Of a DNA stretch of 13,785 bases, positions 1 through 8,863 are shown one piece after another. The notes under the pieces were generated by a model, which had not been told where the DNA came from, did no database searches, and was given only the letters and a program-made list of their open reading frames with translations. Within the stretch, counting starts at the first letter, position 1. Each line of letters opens with the position of its first letter. Where the stretch lies: NCBI GenBank assembly GCA_043804695.1, contig JAZDIV010000142.1, positions 1 to 13,785 on the forward strand, read 5' to 3'. The DNA is from PVC group bacterium (lineage in GTDB: Bacteria; Auribacterota; Erginobacteria; Erginobacterales; Erginobacteraceae). The position numbers and the translations under genes are program-made.

Positions 1-19
1 TTATTATACTTTTCATCAT
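1..19 (-). CDS. 5' end of a gene running off the window edge (MMKSII...), possibly Skp/OmpH periplasmic chaperone
   Basis: Minus strand reads AGGAGA (30-25) ACACC ATG ATG AAA AGT ATA ATA. The product is inferred only from its position downstream of bamA. Confidence 0.45.
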
Positions 20-88
20 GGTGTTCTCCTTTAAATTTCGCCCCGCCGGCGCCAACCTCGTCGCGGCGACCTTCTGGGCGCCACTTTT

Positions 89-112
89 GGGCGGTCTAAA
101 CCCCGCCGCTAC
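89..112 (-). repeat. GTAG-type REP-like hairpin relic
   Basis: Minus strand GTAG-C-GGCGG-GGTTTAGA-CCGCC-C: GTAG tetranucleotide followed by a GC-rich imperfect palindrome, as in RAYT-associated REPs. Single copy in the window. Confidence 0.4.
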
Positions 113-117
113 GATAT

Positions 118-169
118 TTGTTGTCCCGATGACGATCGGGATGCGCCTCAGGCGCAAAATTCCGAAACA
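118..169. repeat. TTRTTGYCCCGA...AATTCCGAAACA cassette, copy 1 of 4
   Basis: TTGTTGTCCCGA 118-129, TCGGG 136-140, inner hairpin TGCGCCT/AGGCGCA 142-156, AATTCCGAAACA 158-169. Confidence 0.75.
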
Positions 170-173
170 GTAA

Positions 174-194
174 ATTAGCTCGCTGCGCTCGCTA
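174..194. repeat. 21-bp repeat ATTAGCTCGCTGCGCTCGCTA, copy 1 of 3 identical
   Basis: Identical at 174-194, 8571-8591 and 9823-9843. Confidence 0.9.
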
Positions 195-212
195 CTTTAT
201 AAGATAAACCAT

Positions 213-239
213 TCTGATTTTTTCGAAGAAAAAATCAGA
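213..239. terminator. 12-bp perfect stem with GAA loop downstream of bamA; possible terminator or palindromic repeat
   Basis: TCTGATTTTTTC-GAA-GAAAAAATCAGA. The stem is AT-rich, so terminator function is uncertain. Confidence 0.35.
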
Positions 240-279
240 TTAATATGCTATTTGAGCTGTGCGCTCTTTCGGACAAAGC

Positions 280-2625
280 TCAAAAAGCATAACCGATGTT
301 GAAATGAAACCGGCCGCCGGTGTCGTTCCAGCCGTCGGTGTGCAGCGGCCAGCCGTAGTCAAGCTTGATCGGGCCGATCGGCAGGTAGAGCCGGAGCCCG
401 ATCCCGGCTCCCGACTGCAGGTTCCGGAACCACTGATCGCCGAAAACGGTCTCGTCCATCTCCCAGTCCTTGGCGGCCCAGACGTTTCCGATGTCGCAGA
501 AGAACGCCCCGCGGACCATCTCGATGATGGGGAAGGTGTACTCCACCGAGCCCATCATCATGGAGTCCCCGCCGACGGGATCGCCGTTGGGGAGCCCGGT
601 CCGGGGATCGGTTCCCTCGGGGCCGACCTCCCGGTAGCGGAACCCCCGGATCGTGTTGGCCCCGCCCAGGAAGAACCGCTCGTAGACCGGTACGATTTCC
701 GTGTTGCCGTACGGCTCGGCGGTCCCGGCCCGGTAGCGGAAGCCGAGAATGTGCCCTTCAAAGATCGACAGGTAAAAGCTGTTGTCAAAGGTGGTTTTGA
801 TGAACTCCTTGTCTCCGCCCAGAATGCCCCCCGCCACCTCGCAGGCGAGGGTGTTGTTCATCCCCCGGGTGGGGATCAGGAAGCTGTCCCGGGTGTCCCG
901 GGAGATCGAGGGGGTCAGGCTGCTGACCAGGTTCGTCCCTTCCTCGCTCTGAATCGACCAGTCGGCGTCATCGTCGATATCGTAGATATCGACGTTTTCC
1001 AGGCGATAGGTCAGGCCCAGCTGGGTGAAGGCGGTCAGGAGCTTCCGGAGGCGGATATCGCCTCCCAGCCGTTTCTCGTTGTAGTCGGCCCAGGAATGGG
1101 TCCGCCGGTACAGGTCCACCCCGAAGGAAAGGGGGATGCCGAAAAGCCAGGGCTCGACGAAGCTGATCTCGTAATTCGACTTGCTGGACCCGAACTCGGC
1201 CCTGATCTTCAGCTTCTGCCCGTCTCCCATGAAAAACGGCGGGTTGAAGAGGTCGAAATTCCCCTGGCCGATCTCGACGAAGCCGATGAAATCATCCTCG
1301 GAACTGTAGCCAACTCCGAACATGAACTCACCGGTCTTCTTTTCTTCCAGGCGGACCATCAGATCTTTCCGGTCCGGGATCTTGGTGGGGAGGGGATCGA
1401 TGCTGACCCGCTGGAAAAAGCCGAGGTTCTGCAGCCTCTCCTGGCTCCTCTTGACTTTGATGCCGTTAAAAATCTCCCCCGGCTTGACCAGCAGTTCCCG
1501 GCGGATCACGATGTCCCGGGTGATCTTGTTCCCGGTGATGTCGATCCGGCTGATGTACGAGATCTGGTTCTCCCGGATGGCATAGGTGATGTCCATCCGG
1601 CCGGTTGCCTGGTTAAGAACAGCGCGCGGGTTGATGTCGGCATCGATGTACCCCCGGGCGAAGTAAAAGTCGCGCAGGGCCACGGTGTCCTTGCGCAGGG
1701 CCTCGTAAGAGAAAACATCCCCTGTCTTCAGCGGGAGCAGTATTTCCAGATCCGCCACCGGGAAGTTCTCGTTCCCCGCCAGCCGCACCTCGCCGGCGTG
1801 ATACTGTTTCCCCTCGCTGATGGTGATAGTGATGTACAGCCCGGTGCCGCCGTCGCCGACGGTCTTCTCGACATCGAGGATCTTCATGTCGAGATACCCC
1901 TGGGACCGGCAATACACGGCGATGCGGTCCAGATCGGCATCAAACTCTTCTTTCTTGAAGAAGCCCCGGTGGAGGATGGAGAAGAGCGACTGGGCGTGGG
2001 TCTCCATGACCCCGCGGATGTCGCTTTCATCGAGATTGACGGCGCCCGCGATGGTTATCTCCTTCACCCTGATCTCATGGCCCTCGCGGATATTGATGAA
2101 GACGGCCGCCTCGCCGGAGTCGGGGTCGATTTTTTCCTGGTAGCTGATGCCGGTCTGGTAGTAGCCCTCTTCCTCGTAAAGCTTGTAAATGGCGTTTATG
2201 TCTTCGTTGAGGCGGGCTTCCGACAGGACCTCGCCCGGGGTGGTTTTGATCTTTTCCTGCAGATCCTCGTCGTCGAACTCCCGGTTCCCCTCAAAGACGA
2301 TCTTCTTGACGATCGGCTTCTCCTCGACCAGGAAGAGGACGTCCACTTCGCCCCCGGGCAGTTCTTTCGCTTCAACCTGGATGGAGGAGAAAGGCCCCCA
2401 CTCGTGAAGCCGCTTGAGATCGGCGTTGAGATCTTCCTGCAAGTACCGGCTCCCGTCCCTGGTTTTGATGCGGGCCAGGACGGCCTCCCGGCTGATCCGG
2501 CGGTTTCCTTCTATCTCCACTGAGGCGATGATCTTCTCCCTCTCGGCGGCGGAAGGGCCGGGGCCGGCGAACACCCCCCCCAGCACCAGGGCGGCGGCCA
2601 GCAGCCGGCAGATCCCCCGTTCCAT
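280..2625 (-). CDS. bamA: Outer membrane protein assembly factor BamA (Omp85 family)
   Basis: Signal peptide (MERGICRLLAAALVLGG...SAA), repeated POTRA-like segments (IEGN, FEGN, LAGN, ITGN..TRDIVIRREL), loop-6 IRGF motif, C-terminal FHFNIGYAF. Start placed at in-frame ATG 2625 (GAGGAG 10 nt upstream) rather than TTG 2661 inside dnaB. Confidence 0.96.
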   Translation of the reverse strand: MERGICRLLAAALVLGGVFAGPGPSAAEREKIIASVEIEGNRRISREAVLARIKTRDGSRYLQEDLNADLKRLHEWGPFSSIQVEAKELPGGEVDVLFLVEEKPIVKKIVFEGNREFDDEDLQEKIKTTPGEVLSEARLNEDINAIYKLYEEEGYYQTGISYQEKIDPDSGEAAVFINIREGHEIRVKEITIAGAVNLDESDIRGVMETHAQSLFSILHRGFFKKEEFDADLDRIAVYCRSQGYLDMKILDVEKTVGDGGTGLYITITISEGKQYHAGEVRLAGNENFPVADLEILLPLKTGDVFSYEALRKDTVALRDFYFARGYIDADINPRAVLNQATGRMDITYAIRENQISYISRIDITGNKITRDIVIRRELLVKPGEIFNGIKVKRSQERLQNLGFFQRVSIDPLPTKIPDRKDLMVRLEEKKTGEFMFGVGYSSEDDFIGFVEIGQGNFDLFNPPFFMGDGQKLKIRAEFGSSKSNYEISFVEPWLFGIPLSFGVDLYRRTHSWADYNEKRLGGDIRLRKLLTAFTQLGLTYRLENVDIYDIDDDADWSIQSEEGTNLVSSLTPSISRDTRDSFLIPTRGMNNTLACEVAGGILGGDKEFIKTTFDNSFYLSIFEGHILGFRYRAGTAEPYGNTEIVPVYERFFLGGANTIRGFRYREVGPEGTDPRTGLPNGDPVGGDSMMMGSVEYTFPIIEMVRGAFFCDIGNVWAAKDWEMDETVFGDQWFRNLQSGAGIGLRLYLPIGPIKLDYGWPLHTDGWNDTGGRFHFNIGYAF

Positions 2626-2632
2626 TCGCCCA

Positions 2633-4003
2633 TCACTCCTCGGTATCGGCGTAATCTTCAAATCGGGTATATCTCTTGATGAAGGTTAACTTGATCTCCC
2701 CGGTGGGGCCGTTTCTCTGTTTGGCGACATGAGCAAAGACCATGTTCTCCAGGCGAGGATCATCTTCGATCATGTCGGGATACGCCCCCGGTCTCATGAT
2801 CAGGACGACCAGGTCGGCATCCTGTTCGATGGCCCCCGACTCCCGGAGGTCGGCCAGCCGGGGGCGGCGGTCGGGCCGGTCTTCGGGGCCCCGGTTGAGC
2901 TGGGAGAGCACCAGGACCGGAATGTCCAGTTCCCGGGCCAGCGATTTCAGGGAACGGGAGATGTCCGAGACCTCCTGCTGCCGGTTCTCGCCCCGGCCGG
3001 TCGTCGCCTGCATTAGCTGCAGGTAGTCAATGATCAAAAGCCTGACATCATAGCGGGCCTTCATGTTCCGGGCCCGGGCCCGCAGCTCGAGGTTGGTGGC
3101 GCCCGGCAGGTCGTCAATATAAATTGCGGCGTCGGAGAGACGGCCGGCGGCGTGGGCCAGCTTCACCATGTCCTTGGCGGAAAGAAAGCCGCGGCGGAGG
3201 GACTGGGCGTCGACCCGGGCATGGGCGCAGAGCATCCTCCGGGCGAGCGCTTCGGCGCTCATCTCCAGGCTGAAAATGCCGACCGGCTTCTTCTCCTCCA
3301 GGCCCACATGTTCGGCGATGCTGAGGGCAAAAGCGGTCTTCCCCATCGAGGGGCGACCGGCAAGAACCGTCAGCTCGGACGCCTGGAGCCCGCAGGTGAG
3401 ATTATCCAGGTCGCGCAGGCCGGTGGAGAGCCCCGTCACCATCGCCTGGCTCCCCTCCCGGGCGTCAATCTCCTCCATGATCTCCTTGAGCAGCTGGCGC
3501 ATGGGCAGAAGCTTCTGCCTGACCCCCCGCTGGGTCAGCTCAAAAAACTTCCTCTCGACCTCGTCCAGCACCACCGCGGTATCGGTCGTTTCCTGGTAAC
3601 AGTGATTGACGATCCCGGTCGAGGTGGCGATCAAATCCCGGAGCATCGCCTTCTCGGCCACGATCTTCAGGTGAGCCTCGAGATGGGCGGTGGTGGGGAT
3701 GTATTCCATCAGGGAGATGACGTATTCCTCGCCGCCGGCCGCCGCCAGCTCCCCTCTTTTTTTCAGGGCATCGACCAGGGTAATCGCGTCCGCCGGCGTT
3801 CCCGCGTCATAGAGGGAAACGACGGCGTCAAAGATCTTCCGGTGGGAGCTCTGGTAAAAGGACTCCCCGCTGATCTCTTGGATCACCCGGGGGATCGCTT
3901 CCTGCTCCAGCAACATCGCTCCCAGAACGCTCATCTCGGCCTCAATGTTGCGGGGCTGGGACCGGACTGATCTCTGTTCTCCGTTTTCGGGCTGAGGAGT
4001 CAT
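2633..4003 (-). CDS. dnaB: Replicative DNA helicase DnaB
   Basis: N-terminal PRNIEAEMSVLG, Walker A GRPSMGKT, FSLEMS, IIDYLQL, LSQLNR, DLRESGAIEQDAD, KQRNGPTG. 456 aa, no intein. Confidence 0.98.
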   Translation of the reverse strand: MTPQPENGEQRSVRSQPRNIEAEMSVLGAMLLEQEAIPRVIQEISGESFYQSSHRKIFDAVVSLYDAGTPADAITLVDALKKRGELAAAGGEEYVISLMEYIPTTAHLEAHLKIVAEKAMLRDLIATSTGIVNHCYQETTDTAVVLDEVERKFFELTQRGVRQKLLPMRQLLKEIMEEIDAREGSQAMVTGLSTGLRDLDNLTCGLQASELTVLAGRPSMGKTAFALSIAEHVGLEEKKPVGIFSLEMSAEALARRMLCAHARVDAQSLRRGFLSAKDMVKLAHAAGRLSDAAIYIDDLPGATNLELRARARNMKARYDVRLLIIDYLQLMQATTGRGENRQQEVSDISRSLKSLARELDIPVLVLSQLNRGPEDRPDRRPRLADLRESGAIEQDADLVVLIMRPGAYPDMIEDDPRLENMVFAHVAKQRNGPTGEIKLTFIKRYTRFEDYADTEE

Positions 4004-4041
4004 GACAGAAAATAGCCCCCGCTCTGCTCGGGCAAGGTTCC

Positions 4042-4117
4042 GGAGTGATGGAGTGATGGGGTAATGGAGTGTTGGAGGGCACCCAGTACTCCAGTACTCC
4101 AGTACTCCAGTACTCCA
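4042..4117. repeat. Inverted pair of 8-mer tandem arrays
   Basis: GGAGTGAT-like x4.5 (4042-4077) facing CCAGTACT x4 + CCA (4083-4117). Confidence 0.85.
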
Positions 4118-4183
4118 TATTTATTTAACATATATGTAACTGCCGCAAACAACATGAAATCCTCTGTGGGATATATTATTATC

Positions 4184-4627
4184 CTACTCCTTCACCACCC
4201 AGAGCTTGATCTGGGCGGAGACGTCGGGGGCCAGGGAAATGGGTATGGCATAAATTCCCAGCTTCTTGATCGGGTTTTCGAGCTTGATCTGGTGTTTATC
4301 CACCTCGAAGCCTTCCCGGACCAGCGCCTCGGCGATGGTGGAGGAGGTGACCGAACCATAGAGCGTGTCCCCCTCGCCGGCGGCTACGGCGAGCGTGCAG
4401 GACAGCTCGGCCAGACGGCCGGCCAGTTCCCGTGCCTTGAGAGCCGCCTTCCCTTCCTGCCGCTTCTTTTTCTCCCGGGCCCGGGCGAGGAGCGCAATGT
4501 GGTGCTCGGTCGCCGGATAGGCGAGTTTCCGGGGCAGCAGGTAGTTGCGGGCGTAGCCGGGGGCGACGTCGAGAATCGTTCCCTCTTCACCCAGCTGAAC
4601 GTGATCTTTGATGAGGATTACTTTCAT
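4184..4627 (-). CDS. rplI: 50S ribosomal protein L9
   Basis: MKVIL...LG..G....VAPGYARNYLLP, LYGSVT, PIKKLG. 147 aa. Confidence 0.98.
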   Translation of the reverse strand: MKVILIKDHVQLGEEGTILDVAPGYARNYLLPRKLAYPATEHHIALLARAREKKKRQEGKAALKARELAGRLAELSCTLAVAAGEGDTLYGSVTSSTIAEALVREGFEVDKHQIKLENPIKKLGIYAIPISLAPDVSAQIKLWVVKE

Positions 4628-4754
4628 TGTGAACCAGCTCCCTTCGGTCGCAAATTTATGTTACTAATATTTTACTGTAATAAACATAAATTGATTATGC
4701 TGACGGGATTAGTTTAGATCCAACAGTTCACGCCGTAACAGTAATTTCTCTTCA

Positions 4755-4826
4755 TTGTTGCCCCGATGGATATCCAAATTGGCCGGTAATCCGAATCCCG
4801 ACGGATACCGGGACAATTCCGAAACA
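4755..4826. repeat. TTRTTGYCCCGA...AATTCCGAAACA cassette, copy 2 of 4
   Basis: TTGTTGCCCCGA 4755-4766 and AATTCCGAAACA 4815-4826. Ends 8 nt from the rpsR stop codon. Confidence 0.75.
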
Positions 4827-4833
4827 ACAAGTT

Positions 4834-5097
4834 CTACTCTGCGACATAGGGTAACAACGCCATATAACGCGCCTTCTTGATCGCGGAGCTGATCTGACGC
4901 TGGTGCTTGGCACAGTTGCCGGTGATGCGCCGGGAGAGCATTTTCCCTCTTTCGGTTATGAACTGCCGAAGGGTGTCGATATCCTTATAGTCGATCCGGG
5001 GCGTCTGGCCGTCACAGAAGCGGCACCGCTTCTTGACGTAGAAGACGGGCCGCTTCCGGGGACCGTTACTCTTTTTCTTCTTGAATACTGGCGACAT
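4834..5097 (-). CDS. rpsR: 30S ribosomal protein S18 (Zn-binding C+ type)
   Basis: KKRCRFC, IDYKD, ITERGK...[29 protein letters not shown] upstream. Confidence 0.98.
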   Translation of the reverse strand: MSPVFKKKKSNGPRKRPVFYVKKRCRFCDGQTPRIDYKDIDTLRQFITERGKMLSRRITGNCAKHQRQISSAIKKARYMALLPYVAE

Positions 5098-5125
5098 TCT
5101 ATTCTCCTCAGGTATCGGGGTTCAC

Positions 5126-5587
5126 TTAAAAGGGCGGAAGGTCCTCTCCCTCTTCCAGTTCAGGGCCGCCCGGGGACGGTTCCGGCGGGAAATTCACTTC
5201 ATAGGGAGCCGGCGGGGGAGCGACATCGTCTTCCCCCCGTGCTCCTCCCCCGGCGGGGGCGGAGAGGAACTGGACCCGGCGCGCCCGGATTTTATGCTTG
5301 CTCCGCTTCTGGCCGGACTCCTTGTCGGTCCAGGTATCGAGCTTCAGGCTCCCCTCGATTAAAACCGAGCTTCCCTTTTTCAGATACTCTCCGCAGGTCT
5401 CCGCCTGCCGGGCCCAGACTTCGACGTCAACGAAACACACGTCTTCCTTCCGTTCGCCGTCCTTGGTCCGGTACACCTGATTGACGGCGAGACCCAGCCG
5501 GGCCACGGCGGTACCCTGCGGCGTATACCGGACTTCCGGATCCCGGGTCAGATTCCCCCCTAAAATAACCGTATTGACACTGACCAT
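5126..5587 (-). CDS. ssb: Single-stranded DNA-binding protein
   Basis: NTVILGGNLTRDPEVRYT, YLKKGSSVLIEG, acidic tip EDLPPF. AAGGAGGT SD. Confidence 0.98.
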   Translation of the reverse strand: MVSVNTVILGGNLTRDPEVRYTPQGTAVARLGLAVNQVYRTKDGERKEDVCFVDVEVWARQAETCGEYLKKGSSVLIEGSLKLDTWTDKESGQKRSKHKIRARRVQFLSAPAGGGARGEDDVAPPPAPYEVNFPPEPSPGGPELEEGEDLPPF

Positions 5588-5651
5588 TTCACACCTCCTT
5601 TATCTCTCCTCCGAAGCGGCAGCCGCCCGGGGAGATCTTACCATTCCCGTT

Positions 5652-6080
5652 TTATTCCGCGAATTCCGATTCGGCGAAGGCGACATCGTCTTCTCCTCCC
5701 TCCTCGCCGGGATACGGAGGCGCGGACTCATACACCGGCCCGGGCGCGGGCATCCCCTCTTTATAAGCTTCCCCCGCCAGCTCGATGGCCGCGCGGCTTT
5801 TCGAGCGGACTATGATGGTCCGGACGACGGCGGGATTGAGCCGGAGGCTGTCCCGCAGCCCGATCATCCCTTCGGGCGGATGGGTGAAGTGAGAGATCAC
5901 GTACAGCCCCTCGCTGCGCCCCTCAATGGGATAGGCCAGCTTGCGGCGCCCCATGCTTCCGATGTTCAGCACTTCCCCGCCCGCCTTCACGATCTCTCCC
6001 GAGATCATCTCCCGGGCCCGGGAGAAATCGCCGTCTCCCCACTGGGCGTCAATGATGTTTACCATCTCATACGGATTCAA
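5652..6080 (-). CDS. rpsF: 30S ribosomal protein S6 with acidic C-terminal extension
   Basis: YEM..II, MGRRKLAYPI...EGLY. TTG start 7 nt after AGGAGG (6093-6088). rpsF-ssb-rpsR synteny. Confidence 0.95.
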   Translation of the reverse strand: MNPYEMVNIIDAQWGDGDFSRAREMISGEIVKAGGEVLNIGSMGRRKLAYPIEGRSEGLYVISHFTHPPEGMIGLRDSLRLNPAVVRTIIVRSKSRAAIELAGEAYKEGMPAPGPVYESAPPYPGEEGGEDDVAFAESEFAE

Positions 6081-6192
6081 TCGGTGACCTCCTCGTCTTT
6101 CATGATTTCTTTCCTGTTAACCCAATTTATTCATAAATCGGGTTAGTTTTGAACCACGTCAATGATAGCATCTGTAGTAACATGACAGATGA

Positions 6193-6243
6193 TAACTCTG
6201 ACCGTTCATGAAAATTTTCAATTTTCATGAACGGTCAGAGTTA
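6193..6243. repeat. 24-bp perfect inverted repeat with 3-nt loop overlapping the pth 3' end
   Basis: TAACTCTGACCGTTCATGAAAATT-TTC-AATTTTCATGAACGGTCAGAGTTA. Confidence 0.9.
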
Positions 6244-6794
6244 AAATAGTTCATCGCGCTTTCAATGCCCCTTTCCAGGATCCCGGCAACCGCCGCCACC
6301 GCTCCGGAGACGGCCCGGTCATAGCGGGCGTTTTCATCCCTGCCCGGCCGCGAAAGCACATGGCCCGTCAGGTCGTCCAGATCGCCTCCGCCGACCCCGA
6401 TTCTGATCCGGACAAACTCCCGCGTGCCGAGCGACCGGATGATCGACTCCAGGCCGTGGTGGCCGCCGGCGCCGCCCTGGCGACGAATCCGGATCATCCC
6501 CGGGGGCAGATTGACATCATCCGCCACCACCAGAAGGTCCCGGGCGTTCAGTTCATAATAGTCCATGATCGCCCGGACCGGGCCGCCGCTGGCGTTCACG
6601 TACGCGGCCGGTTTGACCAGAAGCAGGCTTTCACCCTTCCAGTCCCCCCGGCCCACCCAGGCCGAGGGCGCGCGCTTCTTCTTCCAGGCGATCGCGGCTT
6701 CCGCGGCCAGGGCGTCCGCCACCAGGAAACCCAGGTTGTGCCGGGTCCTCCGGTAACGAAGACCCGGATTGCCAAGACCCACTATTATTTTCAA
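6225..6794 (-). CDS. pth: Peptidyl-tRNA hydrolase
   Basis: IIVGLGNPG..Y..TRHNLGF, KP..Y.N.SG, DD, GGH.GL.SI, RIRIGVG, HVLS. TTG start. Confidence 0.97.
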   Translation of the reverse strand: MKIIVGLGNPGLRYRRTRHNLGFLVADALAAEAAIAWKKKRAPSAWVGRGDWKGESLLLVKPAAYVNASGGPVRAIMDYYELNARDLLVVADDVNLPPGMIRIRRQGGAGGHHGLESIIRSLGTREFVRIRIGVGGGDLDDLTGHVLSRPGRDENARYDRAVSGAVAAVAGILERGIESAMNYFNSDRS

Positions 6795-6860
6795 AATGTA
6801 TCAGTCGGCTTCAGATGTACCGTTCTCATTTTTTCGCCCCGCCCCGAAGTATAAATCGGG
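6795..6860. repeat. 66-bp dispersed repeat, copy 1 (the whole rplY-pth spacer)
   Basis: 60/66 identical to 8715-8780, same orientation, no gaps. Confidence 0.9.
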
Positions 6861-7541
6861 TTAGTCCTCTTTCCCCGCCTCCTCTTCGGTTCCGGCCTCC
6901 GGCTTGCTTTCGGCCTCCCCTTCCGCGGCTTCGGCCCCGGCGGCGGCTTCTTCCGGAGCCTTCTCCTCCTCCTCGATGGCCGGCGCGGCGACGGTGCAGA
7001 TGCTGATCCCGGAGTCGGTAAGGATCTCGATCCTCTCTGCGATCGGTATATCCCGAACGTAAAGGGTGTCCCCGATGGCGAGGGCGGAAACGTCCACGGC
7101 GATCTTGTCCGGCAAATCACCCGGCAGGCATCGAATCTCGACCTCGCGCAGGATGTGTTCCAGTATCCCCCCATCCCGGATCACTCCCACCGCTTCGCCG
7201 ACGGCGACAACCGGAACGGTGGCGGTCAGCTTCACGTCCAGCGCGATCTGCTGAAAATCAATATGGAGAACTACGCCGGCCAGATGATCCATCTGGATCT
7301 CCTTGACGATCGCCGGGGTGGCCTGCTTCCCGCCGTCCCGATCAATCACCAGGCTGATGATCTGGTTTTCATGGAGCGGGCCGGCTTTCTTCTGTACGCC
7401 GGCCAGGTCCAGCGCCAGTGAAAGCGCATCCTCGTCTCCCCCATAGAGAACGGCGGGCACCAATCCGAGGCGGCGGAGCCGCCGGGGCCGGCGGCCGCCG
7501 ACTTCGGAACGCGTCTGAACGGTTATCTCCAGCTGTGCCAT
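6861..7541 (-). CDS. rplY: 50S ribosomal protein L25 (long Ctc/TL5 form)
   Basis: RRLRR.G.VPAVLYG, LHIDF, GGILE, IAVDVSAL.IGD, acidic tail. ATG 7541 lies 8 nt after GGAG, so it is preferred over GTG 7550. Confidence 0.96.
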   Translation of the reverse strand: MAQLEITVQTRSEVGGRRPRRLRRLGLVPAVLYGGDEDALSLALDLAGVQKKAGPLHENQIISLVIDRDGGKQATPAIVKEIQMDHLAGVVLHIDFQQIALDVKLTATVPVVAVGEAVGVIRDGGILEHILREVEIRCLPGDLPDKIAVDVSALAIGDTLYVRDIPIAERIEILTDSGISICTVAAPAIEEEEKAPEEAAAGAEAAEGEAESKPEAGTEEEAGKED

Positions 7542-7546
7542 GACGA

Positions 7547-8554
<1,008 letters not shown>

Positions 8555-8570
8555 CTTGCCTCTCCTATAA

Positions 8571-8591
8571 ATTAGCTCGCTGCGCTCGCTA
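8571..8591. repeat. 21-bp repeat, copy 2 of 3, inside a longer TATAAATTAGC/GCTAATTTATA inverted repeat (8566-8598)
   Basis: Identical to 174-194 and 9823-9843. The extended stem abuts the prs SD. Confidence 0.9.
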
Positions 8592-8601
8592 ATTTATATC
8601 G

Positions 8602-8632
8602 GACTCCCCCGATTGAATCAATCGGGGGAGTC
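8602..8632. repeat. 14-bp perfect inverted repeat of the CCCGA/TCGGG type
   Basis: GACTCCCCCGATTG-AAT-CAATCGGGGGAGTC. Confidence 0.85.
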
Positions 8633-8714
8633 TGTTGGTTAACGATACTATTATCATCGAGGCAACACTATAAAAAGCCTTATAACCTCAGCCACTCTTT
8701 ACCACATGGAATAT

Positions 8715-8780
8715 AATTTATCAGTCGGCTTCAGACATACCGTTCATATTTTTTCGCCCCGCCCCGAAGTATTAATCGGG
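8715..8780. repeat. 66-bp dispersed repeat, copy 2
   Basis: 60/66 identical to 6795-6860. Confidence 0.9.
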
Positions 8781-8795
8781 GAAGAAAAAATAAGA

Positions 8796-8863
8796 TTATT
8801 GTCCCGACTCATTTATTTAAAACAGTGTCATCGGGATCCAGACGGATGCCGGGAAAATTCCGA
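8796..8863. repeat. TTRTTGYCCCGA...AATTCCGA cassette, copy 3 of 4, overlapping the glmU 3' end
   Basis: TTATTGTCCCGA 8796-8807. 8836-8863 matches 4795-4822 at 25/28. Confidence 0.75.

Noticed and set aside
259..2523. 754-aa plus-strand ORF
   Set aside because: Antisense shadow of GC-rich bamA, with no recognisable motifs.
2633..4003. Intein in DnaB
   Set aside because: Normal length with contiguous motifs.
6134..6162. TTGACG upstream of rpsF as a promoter
   Set aside because: No TAnnnT box at 16-18 nt spacing.
6081..6190. S6:S18 autoregulatory leader
   Set aside because: I could not identify the expected stem with its CCG-type motif by eye; an Rfam scan is needed.
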